DNA from: a bacterium HR19 | GTDB taxonomy: Bacteria; Calescibacteriota; Calescibacteriia; Calescibacteriales; Calescibacteriaceae | Assembly (NCBI GenBank): GCA_002898315.1 | Contig: BEHV01000005.1 | Location: forward strand, 8,859-72,858 | DNA: 64,000 bases | Direction: 5' to 3' | In this document: positions 20,761 through 31,082 of the stretch, piece after piece | How positions within the stretch are numbered: the first letter of the stretch is position 1 | Layout of the letters: the number at the start of each line of letters is the position of its first letter | Translations under genes and position numbers: made by a program | The notes under the pieces: generated by a model | Databases searched by the model: none | Told to the model about the DNA's origin: nothing | The model's input: the letters and a program-made list of their open reading frames with translations, nothing else

Positions 20761-20899
20761 AAATAGTCCTTCTGAAAAAATTTTAATCATAAAACACAAA
20801 AAATTTAAAAAAGTTGATTACCATAATCTGCCGAAATTCTTATCCAAAATGAGCAGAAAAAATAAAATAGATAGAGAGTAAAGAGAAAAATATTTATAA

Positions 20900-21295
20900 A
20901 TGCTGGGAAAAAATTGGAGGAAGATTCTGGCCGTTTTTATGTGTGTTGCAGGTATTGCTGGAAGTTTTTATGTTCAAATCTTTCAAGGTGAAAATCCGTG
21001 CAAGCTCTGCCTAATAATAAGGTATAGTTTGATAACAACTTTGATAGCTTTCCTGATAAGCTTTTTCGTCCAGAAATTTTCTGTCTTCGCCTTGTTCTCA
21101 GTTCTACCTGCAATAGTATCAGATATATTCCTTATCATATCAGAGCATAGGGAGATGAGTAATCCAGTACTATGCCAACCCAATTCATGCCATACCCCTG
21201 AATTCTTTGGAATAAAGATGTCAATCTGGGCGATTTCGGTAATAATCCCAATAATCGCAATATCTCTCCTTGAAATAAAAAACAGCTTCAAGTAA
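20900..21295 (+). CDS. disulfide bond formation protein, DsbB family
   Basis: PCKLCLIIRY first Cys pair, second pair CQPNSC, FFGIKMSIW, four TM segments. Confidence 0.82.
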   Translation: MLGKNWRKILAVFMCVAGIAGSFYVQIFQGENPCKLCLIIRYSLITTLIAFLISFFVQKFSVFALFSVLPAIVSDIFLIISEHREMSNPVLCQPNSCHTPEFFGIKMSIWAISVIIPIIAISLLEIKNSFK

Positions 21296-22282
21296 ATGAG
21301 AAAAAAAGTTATAGTGATACGATTGAGTTCGCTCGGAGATGTTGTGCTATCTACAAGTGTAATAGAAATACTTGAAAAAAAATTTGATGTATTTTTTGCT
21401 ACCAAGAAGTATTATCAGCATATCTTGAAAAATGATCCGAGAATAAAAGGTATCCTCACCGCAGAAGATTCATCTCTAAAAGAACTGATAAAATTAGCGA
21501 GAAAAATTAAAGAGATAAAGCCAGATGCGATTTTAGACCTTCACGACAAAATATCAACGAAACTTTTAAGGTTGATGGTTGACCCTTTTCAGAAAATCAC
21601 TTTTGTGTGGGATAGCCAGAGAATAGAAAGAAACAAAGCGCTTTTGAAAAAAGATTTCAGAAATGTAAGACCTGTTATTGTGAGGTTTTCGGAAATCGCA
21701 TCAAAATTAGCAGGAGAAAACCCCTCGCAAAACCACGCATTACCGAAAATCTTCCCCCCTCCACACCCAAAATCTCAAAAGTTGAAAAAATTCATTCAGG
21801 AAAGTCAAGAAAGAAGAAAAAATATAATCTGCGTAGCACCAGAATCAAGATGGAAGACAAAGATGTGGAACCTTACCGAATGCGATAAATTAATAAATTC
21901 GCTTGAAAAAAACAATTTCAGTGTAGCAGTGGTTGGAACGAAAAAAGAAATAGAAAAATACTTTTCAGGTGGAGAAAAATTTTTTGGAGAACTTGATATA
22001 GAAGATATAGTATATCTTATTTCAAAATCACACACAGTCGTCAGCGTTGATTCGGGAATAGCTCATATAGCATACGCCCTACAAAAACGACTTATTGTTA
22101 TCTTCACCTCAACAAAACCAGAGATGGGATTTTTCACTAACGATTATGGAAAATTTGTGGAATATGGGAATTTAAGATGTCGTCCGTGTTCGCTTATAGG
22201 TAAAGATCATTGTCCCCAAAGACACCATCTCTGCTCGCTTATACACTATCAAAAAGTTGAAAGAGAAATAAAGAATGCTTAA
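21296..22282 (+). CDS. glycosyltransferase family 9 (LPS heptosyltransferase)
   Basis: IRLSSLGDVVL, TKMW, SVDSGIAHIA, C-terminal CRPC..C..C. Confidence 0.9.
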   Translation: MRKKVIVIRLSSLGDVVLSTSVIEILEKKFDVFFATKKYYQHILKNDPRIKGILTAEDSSLKELIKLARKIKEIKPDAILDLHDKISTKLLRLMVDPFQKITFVWDSQRIERNKALLKKDFRNVRPVIVRFSEIASKLAGENPSQNHALPKIFPPPHPKSQKLKKFIQESQERRKNIICVAPESRWKTKMWNLTECDKLINSLEKNNFSVAVVGTKKEIEKYFSGGEKFFGELDIEDIVYLISKSHTVVSVDSGIAHIAYALQKRLIVIFTSTKPEMGFFTNDYGKFVEYGNLRCRPCSLIGKDHCPQRHHLCSLIHYQKVEREIKNA

Positions 22283-24294
22283 TTTTTCTTTTTCCCGTAA
22301 TCGTATTTTTGAACATAATAGCTCACATACGGCATTGCCTCCTCATCAACAAAGTTCAGAACCAAACCGTCAAAACCTGATTTTATCTGATTCACAATAG
22401 ATATAACCCTGTGGGACTGAATCTTTCCTGTAATTTTCATATTCAGTACTAAAATTTTGAAATCAGATAGAGGGAAAAGCAAAAGAGCGTCTGATACTTC
22501 CAGAAGTGGGGAAGTATCAAGAATTATACAATCAAACTTATTTTTCAGGTTCAGCAGAAAATTCCTGAACTCATCAGATGAAAGGAGAGTTGATGGAGAA
22601 GGGTGAATCACACCAGAAGGTATAAAATACAAATTTTCATCTATCTGCTTTATAAATCTCTCCTCTTCAAGGTTATATATAACAGCATCAACTATACCGG
22701 GAGATTTTTCCGTTCCGAATTTCAGATGAAGTTCGGAATGCCGTAAGTTGAGGTCTATCAGAAGTGTTCTCCTTTGCGATTTTGAAAAAATCTTTGCAAG
22801 CTCGTAAGTCAAAGTTGTCTTACCTTCTCCCGAACCCGAAGAAAAAACCGATATTATTATGTTGTTTTTTCTCATTGTAAGAAGCTCAATATTTATCTTG
22901 ATACCATCTACACCTAACTTGAATGATGAAAGAGAGCTATCATCTTTTACAGTGTTCAGAATACCAAGGATAGGCAACTTGAAAAAATCTTCTACTTCTC
23001 CTATATCTCTGAACCTGACATCAAATAGCTCTTTTATATAAATAGATATGAATCCTGCTATAAGTCCCACCATAAAGCTCAAAAAAATAATCCACGAGAG
23101 GTTTTTTCTCACTTTTCCTACTTCATACGCAAATTCGGCTTTCTCTATGCCCGAAATCATAGAGAATTTTACACCACCAAGCAGTGTAGCATTCATAAAG
23201 CTCTCATAGTAGTTCTCAAAGAGAGAGTTTATAAGGTCTATTCTCTCCCTCTTTTGAAGATAGCTTACAAACTGGTTTGATAGATTATAAATTGTCTTAT
23301 TTATCTCTTCTATCTCCGATAAAATTGATTTTCTCTCCAATTTCAGTTTTTCCAGCTCAAATTGAATTCTTTTTTTTATCTTATCTGCAACTTGGGAGAT
23401 CTGGTTATCTAGAGCAATAACTTTTGGGTGCTTTTCTGTGTAGAAAGATAGAAGTTCAGCTCTTTTTATCTGGAGGTTTTCATAATCTTCAATTATTTTT
23501 TCAAAACCATCGTACACGATAGCGAATTCGGAGACATCTATTTTTCTTTTTGATTCAACGGCGGAGAGAAAGTTCTGCAAAACGCCGATTTTTACTTCAA
23601 CCTCTCTCAACTTATCTTTAAGGTTTTGAAGTGAGTCAAATATGAGTTTTATCTGATACTTGGCATCTATTATTCCTGTTTGGGACGAGAATGTGGCGAA
23701 ATCAAGATACGCTTGCGAAAGAATTGATTCAAGCGAAGACAGAGCAACTTCTACCATAGATAAAGCTCTGGTTATTTCATCTTTGAAACGTTTTTGAGAA
23801 AATTCATAGTAAGCATCTGCAATTGCGTTCGCTATCATCACCGCTTCGTTCTTTTTAGTCCAGCTGATTGTAATTAGTATAGCGTTCTCTTTATCTTTTC
23901 TTTCATCAAGCTTTGAAATAGAGATAGAGTTTTTCACATTTTCTATGAACCATTTTTTCTCGTAGTTTATTTTGCCATCAAGAATTTCATATGCCTGTCC
24001 TATTACTTGGTCTGATTTTATTATCTTTGCTTCAAGGTCAAGGTCTGGTTTTATCTCATTTACATCAACTCCGAGTTTTTGCATTATGATTGGCAGATAC
24101 GAGAAGTTTCCAAAGTTTATTTTCACACTTGCCTGATATAAAATCGCTCTATCACTCTTTCCAGATAGTATAAAAAGTTGAAAAGAGATAGTCGCAAGAG
24201 AAAAAAGGAGGAATGAAGCAAGAAACAGCTTTCTTCCTCTTTTTATATAAAACAAAAGGTTTTTTATGTCAAACTCGTCGGTTTTTGAAGCCAT
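22279..24294 (-). CDS. Wzc/GumC-like polysaccharide co-polymerase with tyrosine-kinase domain
   Basis: Two TM segments flanking a coiled coil with YTEKHPKV; Walker A GEGKTT, DLNLR, LDTSP; Tyr-rich C-terminus. Confidence 0.88.
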   Translation of the reverse strand: MASKTDEFDIKNLLFYIKRGRKLFLASFLLFSLATISFQLFILSGKSDRAILYQASVKINFGNFSYLPIIMQKLGVDVNEIKPDLDLEAKIIKSDQVIGQAYEILDGKINYEKKWFIENVKNSISISKLDERKDKENAILITISWTKKNEAVMIANAIADAYYEFSQKRFKDEITRALSMVEVALSSLESILSQAYLDFATFSSQTGIIDAKYQIKLIFDSLQNLKDKLREVEVKIGVLQNFLSAVESKRKIDVSEFAIVYDGFEKIIEDYENLQIKRAELLSFYTEKHPKVIALDNQISQVADKIKKRIQFELEKLKLERKSILSEIEEINKTIYNLSNQFVSYLQKRERIDLINSLFENYYESFMNATLLGGVKFSMISGIEKAEFAYEVGKVRKNLSWIIFLSFMVGLIAGFISIYIKELFDVRFRDIGEVEDFFKLPILGILNTVKDDSSLSSFKLGVDGIKINIELLTMRKNNIIISVFSSGSGEGKTTLTYELAKIFSKSQRRTLLIDLNLRHSELHLKFGTEKSPGIVDAVIYNLEEERFIKQIDENLYFIPSGVIHPSPSTLLSSDEFRNFLLNLKNKFDCIILDTSPLLEVSDALLLFPLSDFKILVLNMKITGKIQSHRVISIVNQIKSGFDGLVLNFVDEEAMPYVSYYVQKYDYGKKKN

Positions 24295-24502
24295 TTTTGT
24301 TTCCTCTCTTAAATTATTAGCAAAGCTAAATAAAAATTTTCACACTCACTCTAATACACAAAACTTTTGCAAAAAATTAAATAAAATCTAAATATGAAAT
24401 TTAAAAAATAAAATAAAAAATATCAATTTTCTGCTTGATTTCTTCAAATATATTTTACAAATCGGATGAGATAATTTTTAAGTGAGAAAAAAGAAAATGA
24501 CT

Positions 24503-24736
24503 TCACCCACCTGATATGGCGGTGATGACCTTTATATCATCTGAAATATCTATTCTCTCATCTTCTGTTACTACTTGCCCGTTTTTCACTACGATGCAAA
24601 TATCGGGAGTCAGCCCGAGAGATGAGATTAAATCTTTTACCCTCATCCCCAAAAAGTAATCTACCTCTCTTTCCCTCCCCGCAAGCTTCACTTTCAGCTT
24701 CAACTTCTCTTTTTTCCCGGTCTCCATCTCATTCAA
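24503..24736 (-). CDS. ThiS/MoaD family sulfur-carrier protein
   Basis: VVKNGQVV, C-terminal ISGG. Confidence 0.85.
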   Translation of the reverse strand: MNEMETGKKEKLKLKVKLAGREREVDYFLGMRVKDLISSLGLTPDICIVVKNGQVVTEDERIDISDDIKVITAISGG

Positions 24737-24793
24737 AAATAAGTGCTAAAAGGATAATCAAAAAAATTTGCTTGTAAACTTAAATTTATTATC

Positions 24794-26656
24794 ATGAAAG
24801 AAAGAAAAAAAATCAGAATAAACAAAAAAATACTTTTTCTTGCAGGAAATGCGTTTATTCTCCTTTCAATTCTCGGAGCAGGTTGTGCGAAAAAACCGAA
24901 ATTCTACATCAAAGATAAGGTATCAGCTCCAGATGAAGAATCTCTATACTTTCAGGCAATATATGACATAAAAAGAGGAAGGTTACCCGAAGCAGAAGAA
25001 AAGTTGGAACTTCTCATTAAAGTTTCAGAGAAAGAAGGGAAAGAAATCGGATTTCAGCCATACTTTGACATAGCTAATCTGAAATACAGATTAGGCAAGA
25101 AATCCGAAGCGTCGGTATATGCAGAGAAAGCGGAGAAAAAAGCAAAAGATGAGAAAGATTTTGAAAGATTATACTCCCTATACATGCAGTTTGGTGAGAG
25201 AGAAAAAGCTTTGCAGGTTATAGAGAAAGCAAATGAGAAGTTTCCATCAGATGAGATGGTTTTCAGAACACTTATAATTGAGCTTATGAGAAGGGGAGCG
25301 ATAGATAAAGCTATATCAAGAGCAAAAAAATACACAGAAGTTAATCCCACAGACCCAGATGGTTTCATAATATACGGCAATCTTCTCAAATTTAAAGGAG
25401 AAAACGACCTTGCTGCTCAACAATTTGAAAAAGCTCTATCTCTTGGTTTCTACAATGAACAGCTTATTTCTGAACTTTTTGAAACCTACAAAGAAAAAGG
25501 AGAACTCCAAAAGGCCAAAAATATAATTGAAGAATACCTCCAGTATGAAGATTCTCTATCTTTGAAAAGGAAACTGGTTGATTTGCTCCTTGACATAGGA
25601 GAAAAAGAGAAAGCAATAAGCTATATGGAGCAAATCACAAAGAGCATTTCAGAGCCAGAGGTGATGATAGATTTTGCAAGAGTTCTTTTCAAAGCAGGAA
25701 AATATGAAGAAACTGTCTCACTTATAAACAGTATAGAAAGAGAGCTTGTCGGACAGCAGAAAGAAGTAGCAATATTACTCAAAGCTTATGCACTGAATGA
25801 ACTGAAAAAATACGAGGAATCAATAAAAGAATTTGAGAAAATAGATGAGACATCAAGCTTATACGATAACGCAATCGCAGGAAAAATAGATTCTCTAAAA
25901 GAACTCTCCCCGCAAAAAGCGATTGATTTTGGAGTAAGCATAACCCAGAAGGTTTTCTCCCCTGAAATAGCATACTCCATAGCATTCGCCATGAGAGAGA
26001 TAGAAGATTATGAGTCAGCTATACGATTTATTACAGAATCACAGAAGAAGCTCAAGGATAGCAAAGAACTCCTCTACGCTAAATCAATACTTCTTTACGA
26101 ATCAGGAAAGCTTGATGAAGCTTTGAAAGTTGCGGAGGAACTTCTGAACATTGACCCGAAAAATCCAAATTATCTGAACCTCAAAGCTTACTCAATTTGT
26201 GAGGTTGTGAGAGAATCAAAAGAAAAAAACGGTTATTTATCAGTTGAAGAGAAGCAAAAAATTCAGGAAGCCAAAAAGCTTGCAGAAGAAGCAATGGCAA
26301 AAAAACCAAACGACCCATATATCATAGATAGCCTCGGATGGTGCTACTTCGTAGAAGGAGAACTTGAAAAAGCAGAAGAGCTCATAAAGAAATCTTATGA
26401 GTTGAAAAATGATGACCCCGTTATTCTTGAACACATTGGAGATATACTCCTTGCTAAAAATCAAGTTGAAAAAGCATTTGAGATGTATAAAACCGCAATG
26501 GGCAAGAAACCCAAAGGATATGACAGAATAAGAATTCAGGCAAAATTAAGCAAACTTGAAAGAGAGGTGAAGGAAGAAAACCAAAAAACCCCACACAAAG
26601 AAAAAGGTAAAGGAAAAAGAAAATCTCCCGAGCAGAAAGAGATAATTCAAAATTGA
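24794..26656 (+). CDS. tetratricopeptide-repeat lipoprotein
   Basis: Lipobox LGAGC; many TPRs; PNDPYIIDSLGW...DPVILEHIGD. Confidence 0.85.
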   Translation: MKERKKIRINKKILFLAGNAFILLSILGAGCAKKPKFYIKDKVSAPDEESLYFQAIYDIKRGRLPEAEEKLELLIKVSEKEGKEIGFQPYFDIANLKYRLGKKSEASVYAEKAEKKAKDEKDFERLYSLYMQFGEREKALQVIEKANEKFPSDEMVFRTLIIELMRRGAIDKAISRAKKYTEVNPTDPDGFIIYGNLLKFKGENDLAAQQFEKALSLGFYNEQLISELFETYKEKGELQKAKNIIEEYLQYEDSLSLKRKLVDLLLDIGEKEKAISYMEQITKSISEPEVMIDFARVLFKAGKYEETVSLINSIERELVGQQKEVAILLKAYALNELKKYEESIKEFEKIDETSSLYDNAIAGKIDSLKELSPQKAIDFGVSITQKVFSPEIAYSIAFAMREIEDYESAIRFITESQKKLKDSKELLYAKSILLYESGKLDEALKVAEELLNIDPKNPNYLNLKAYSICEVVRESKEKNGYLSVEEKQKIQEAKKLAEEAMAKKPNDPYIIDSLGWCYFVEGELEKAEELIKKSYELKNDDPVILEHIGDILLAKNQVEKAFEMYKTAMGKKPKGYDRIRIQAKLSKLEREVKEENQKTPHKEKGKGKRKSPEQKEIIQN

Positions 26657-26722
26657 TAGAATCTGGAACAAAAATTGACATAAAACAAAAAACTCCAAAC
26701 AGAGAAATTTTCACAAATAAAA

Positions 26723-27877
26723 ATGGAAAATATAAGAGATTTCAACGAGCTGATTTTTGACCCACTGGTATGTGTAAAATGTGGATACTGTAAATCTACC
26801 TGTCCAACATATCTTGCAACAGGAGATGAAAGGTTCTCTCCACGAGGTCGTCTTATCATATCATACAAAATCTTGAAAGAAAACCTTGATATAAAAGAAA
26901 CTTTTGACTTTTACAGAGACCTTGATACATGTTCAAAATGCACAGAGTGTGAAAGAACCTGTCCGCTTGAGCTGAAACCATATATTACTTTTGTAAGGAC
27001 GAAAAACAAAACTTTGTTTGGCAAATTAGAAACACTGATGGCGAAAATCACCATAAGTAGTAAAACATTTTTCTCTTTATCTTTCAAAATTATATCAAAG
27101 ACGAGAGGAGCCAAACTGCCACAAGATAATGAACCTTCAAGTAGTTTTCAAGAAAAATTCACAGGAGTTCCTCAAAGTTCTGAGAAAGTTCTTTTTTTCC
27201 CTTCATGTTTTGGATATACTATATTTTCACCAGTAGCAAAAAAAGCAGAGATGCTCTTGAAAAAATTAGGAGTGAATTTCGTGGTTTCGCCAGCAAGTTT
27301 CTCATGCTGTTCGGCTCCTATACTGCTTTCAGGAGATATGGACTCTTTCAGAAAGAGAGCAGAAAAATTCGTTCGCAAACTTAAAAAAGATGCCGAAGGA
27401 GCAGAAGTGAAAAAAATTCTTGTAAATGGTCCAACATGCACATGGGTAATAAAAAACTTTATGAAAGATGAATTAGAAAAAGAGTTCAGTCATGAAATAG
27501 AAGTAAAAGAGGTGTCAGATTTTATCCTGAGCAAAATCACCGATATGCTGAAAGGCAGAAAGATTTCAGATGGTGATGAGATCATATTACATAAACCCTG
27601 CCATAGCGAAGTAAGAATGGGAGAAAAACTCAGAGAACTGGGATTTCAAGTGAAAGAGACAGATTTTTACTGCTGTGGATTCGGTGGTTCAATGTTTTTC
27701 AAAAACTGGTCAATGTCTGATGAACTCCTCAGAAAAACACTCGGAAGTTTTGAGCAGGATATAAAAAATGGTGCAAAGATATTTTCAAACTCTCCGGGAT
27801 GTGTTCTCCAGCTCTCAAGGTCTGCAAGTTCAGACCATATACTATCTCTGATCTCACAATATCTCAACAAGATATAA
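26723..27877 (+). CDS. Fe-S oxidoreductase, GlcF-like (2x[4Fe-4S] + CCG domains)
   Basis: CVKCGYCKSTCPTY, SPRGR, CSKCTECERTCP, SCCSAP, YCCGFGG. Confidence 0.85.
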   Translation: MENIRDFNELIFDPLVCVKCGYCKSTCPTYLATGDERFSPRGRLIISYKILKENLDIKETFDFYRDLDTCSKCTECERTCPLELKPYITFVRTKNKTLFGKLETLMAKITISSKTFFSLSFKIISKTRGAKLPQDNEPSSSFQEKFTGVPQSSEKVLFFPSCFGYTIFSPVAKKAEMLLKKLGVNFVVSPASFSCCSAPILLSGDMDSFRKRAEKFVRKLKKDAEGAEVKKILVNGPTCTWVIKNFMKDELEKEFSHEIEVKEVSDFILSKITDMLKGRKISDGDEIILHKPCHSEVRMGEKLRELGFQVKETDFYCCGFGGSMFFKNWSMSDELLRKTLGSFEQDIKNGAKIFSNSPGCVLQLSRSASSDHILSLISQYLNKI

Positions 27878-27917
27878 TTGAGATAGTTTTTGCATTATTA
27901 TTTCTATTATACACTTT

Positions 27918-29402
27918 ATGGATATAATTTTGAAATACCTTCAGAAAGATGGAATAATATCTGGGAAAGTAGCGGATGATATAAAAAACGAGATTTTAAA
28001 AAACCCGTCAAAGAGAATATCTGAAATTCTGATAGAAAAAGGTATATTTGGAGATGAATCATTCTGCGAGTGGATGAAAAGAACTTTCGGATTTGGAATA
28101 GTGAGCGATGAAAAAGAAATAGACATCTCTCTTTTTAACCTTTTTCCCAAAAGTATTCTGGAAAAAAACTTTTTCATACCGGTTAAATTTAACGATGGCA
28201 AGCTTGTGATAGCTTCACCGGAACCATTTGACCTACCACTGAAAAAAATAGCGGAGCTTTCAGGTATAGAAAAGATTGAAGTTCTCGTGATCTCTCCCTC
28301 GCTTGTGAAGAAGTTTTCAATCCACATCAGTTCGTCAAAAGAAGGAGGAATAGAAGAATATCTTGACTCAATACTTGAAAAGGCAATTGAAGTAGGAGCA
28401 ACAGATATACATCTTATACCCCTAAAAAAATCTGCTATCATAAAGTTCAGAGTAAATGGAAGATTAGAGAAATTTTCCGAAATCTCTCCTCTCGCTTTTC
28501 AGCTTATCACAAACAGAATAAAAGTTATATCACAGCTTGACATCTCTGAAAAAAGATTGCCACAGGACGGAAGGTTCTCACACAGAGAATATGATATAAG
28601 AGTATCAATAGTTCCAACAGTAGATGGAGAAAAAACAGCTCTCAGAATACTCAAAAAAAGTTTTGATTTCAACCTTGGAAAAATAGGATTAACCCAAGAA
28701 GAGATAGATATAATAAGAAGAAATCTCAACAAACAAAGCGGTTTCATATTTGTTTCTGGTCCAACTGGTTCAGGCAAAACAACGACCATATACTCTATGC
28801 TTATTGAAATAAATAGAGACGAGTTCAATGTTTTTTCAATTGAGGACCCTGTTGAGTATTTTGTTGAGGGAGTAAATCAAATTCAGATAAACGAAGAGAT
28901 AGGTTTGACATTTCCGAAAGTTCTAAAACATATTTTACGCCAAGACCCAGATGTTATCTTTTTAGGAGAGATGAGAGATTTTGAATCAGCAGATATAGCG
29001 ATAAAATCATCTCTCACCGGGCATCTTGTATTATCAACACTCCACGCAAAAGATGTCGCATCATCAATAATAAGAATAATAGATATGGGAATACCAGAAT
29101 ATATACTTTTTTCTGCTTTGCGTGTCGGAATCTCACAGAGGTTGGTCAGAGTTATCTGTCAGGACTGCAAAGGCAAATCATGTCAAAACTGCAAAAACGG
29201 ATTTTCAGGAAGAAAAGCTATCTTTGAAATTATAGAGTTTTCAGACGACCTGAAATCGGAGTTGAGAAAAATCAACAAACTCACCGAAAACGACATAAGA
29301 AAAATTTTCAGAAGCTTTGGTTTTAAACTTCTTGAAGATAGAATAAGCGAGAAGATCGCAAAGGGAGAGATAACAAGAGAAGAAGCAAACTATGTTCTTT
29401 GA
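27918..29402 (+). CDS. type II secretion/type IV pilus assembly ATPase (GspE/PilB family)
   Basis: ATDIHL, EKRLPQDGR, GPTGSGKTTT, IEDPVEY, LRQDPDVIFLGEMRD, TGHLVLSTLH, CxxC..CxxC. Confidence 0.92.
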   Translation: MDIILKYLQKDGIISGKVADDIKNEILKNPSKRISEILIEKGIFGDESFCEWMKRTFGFGIVSDEKEIDISLFNLFPKSILEKNFFIPVKFNDGKLVIASPEPFDLPLKKIAELSGIEKIEVLVISPSLVKKFSIHISSSKEGGIEEYLDSILEKAIEVGATDIHLIPLKKSAIIKFRVNGRLEKFSEISPLAFQLITNRIKVISQLDISEKRLPQDGRFSHREYDIRVSIVPTVDGEKTALRILKKSFDFNLGKIGLTQEEIDIIRRNLNKQSGFIFVSGPTGSGKTTTIYSMLIEINRDEFNVFSIEDPVEYFVEGVNQIQINEEIGLTFPKVLKHILRQDPDVIFLGEMRDFESADIAIKSSLTGHLVLSTLHAKDVASSIIRIIDMGIPEYILFSALRVGISQRLVRVICQDCKGKSCQNCKNGFSGRKAIFEIIEFSDDLKSELRKINKLTENDIRKIFRSFGFKLLEDRISEKIAKGEITREEANYVL

Positions 29403-29468
29403 AAAAACCTCTAATGCATTCTCAATACAACAAAAATCAAAAAATTATTAAAATATTAAAAAACAGAT

Positions 29469-30167
29469 ATGGCTTATTTTGAAATCCCTATAAAAGAATT
29501 TGATCAGAAAATAAAGGTAGGCGGAAAGATAAACGAGCTTATAGAGGAGATAGCTCAAAACATAACAGAGTTTGAAATAAAAGGTGATAAAGATGAAGAT
29601 TACTCAACGGGCTTTATTGTTGGCACAAAAGACCAAAATATCATCATAAGGATGAATAACTCCCTAACCCCCGGAAAAAAATATGAAATAAGGACGCTTT
29701 CTCAAAGAGGTATGATAGCTTTCAAATCAAAAGTCCTTGAAAAAATAGACAATACAAAGCCATACATATTTGTTATTGAAAAGCCGGAGCATATTTTTCT
29801 TTGCGAGAGAAGAAGGTTTCACAGATTAAAAGTTGATTCAAAAAGTGAGGTTTTGATAAAAAGAGCAACAGGTTACGCTTTCTTCTGTTCCCTTGTTGAC
29901 ATGAGTTTAGGAGGATTTTCTGCTCTGATGCAGATAAAAGATAGAATGATAGAGTATTTCCTCCCGCTAATAGAAGAGGAAATAGATTTCAGATTAAATA
30001 TAGAGCATAAGGGAAAGAAGTATGGTTTAGAAGGTAAGGCGAAGCTAAAGCATTACTCTCTTGACTCTCACGGGAGATATAAAGCGGGATTTGAGTTTAC
30101 AAAGATAAACAAAAAAGAGATTTCAAGAATAGTAAAACTTCTTGAAAGAAAAGGGAAAGCAAAGTAG
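29469..30167 (+). CDS. PilZ-domain c-di-GMP receptor (YcgR-like)
   Basis: ERRRFHR (RxxxR) and DMSLGG (DxSxxG) motifs. Confidence 0.8.
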   Translation: MAYFEIPIKEFDQKIKVGGKINELIEEIAQNITEFEIKGDKDEDYSTGFIVGTKDQNIIIRMNNSLTPGKKYEIRTLSQRGMIAFKSKVLEKIDNTKPYIFVIEKPEHIFLCERRRFHRLKVDSKSEVLIKRATGYAFFCSLVDMSLGGFSALMQIKDRMIEYFLPLIEEEIDFRLNIEHKGKKYGLEGKAKLKHYSLDSHGRYKAGFEFTKINKKEISRIVKLLERKGKAK

Positions 30168-30194
30168 AAAGCAGATTTTGGTAAGGACTTCTGA

Positions 30195-30995
30195 TCAGTT
30201 TTTTGAAGCAGATTCTTTCTCTTCTTTGTACTGCTTTATTCTTTCTAAAAATTCTTCTGCAAGAGAAGAAAACGCATCTGAACCTGGGGATGATGGTTTA
30301 TATAGAAGGACGGGAAGTCCAAAGCTTGGCGCTTCGGCTATTTTCACATTCTTTGGCACTCTCACACCAAAAACCTTACCCGGAAAATACTTCAAAAATT
30401 CTTCTTCAACTTCCCGTGTCAGCTTTGCTCTCTTGTCATACATATTTATCACTATGCCTAAAATTTCTAGTTTTGGGTTCAGTCCCTCTCTTATCTCCTC
30501 AACTGCCTTGAAAAATTTTGAAAATCCTTCAAGGGAGAAAAAATCAGCAAGAACAGGGATGATAACATAATCTGATGCACACAGAGCATTTACGGTATAA
30601 ATACCTATTGATGGCGGACAGTCTATAAATATAAAATCAAACCTATCCCTTATTTTATCTATCTCTTTTTTCAAGATGAATTGGTTTTCGCTTTTGTCAA
30701 AGAACTCAACTTCAAAGCCCGCAAGGTCTTCATTTGCTGGAACAACAAATAAGTTCTCCACCTTCGTAGGAAAAATAATCTCTTTTATATCTCTTTCTCC
30801 CAAAATTGCATGGTATATTGTGCCTTTATCTTCTGGCGATACTTCAAGCCCAACTGTAATATGAGCTTGCGGGTCAAAATCTACTATAAGAACTTTGAAA
30901 TCACTCATCGCAAGGGCGCTTCCGAGGTTTATCGCAAGAGTTGTCTTGCCCACTCCACCCTTCTGGTTCGCAAATGATACCACCAACCCACCCAT
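30195..30995 (-). CDS. parA: ParA/Soj family ATPase
   Basis: ANQKGGVGKTT, DFDPQ, IDCPPS, IAEAPSFG; ATG at 30995 preferred. Confidence 0.9.
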   Translation of the reverse strand: MGGLVVSFANQKGGVGKTTLAINLGSALAMSDFKVLIVDFDPQAHITVGLEVSPEDKGTIYHAILGERDIKEIIFPTKVENLFVVPANEDLAGFEVEFFDKSENQFILKKEIDKIRDRFDFIFIDCPPSIGIYTVNALCASDYVIIPVLADFFSLEGFSKFFKAVEEIREGLNPKLEILGIVINMYDKRAKLTREVEEEFLKYFPGKVFGVRVPKNVKIAEAPSFGLPVLLYKPSSPGSDAFSSLAEEFLERIKQYKEEKESASKN

Positions 30996-31082
30996 AAGTA
31001 AAAAAATAAAATTTATCTTGCCCAATCAATAACTGTATTTTTTCTGCTTTATCTTTTTTTCATCGCAAAAAATCTGAATTAT

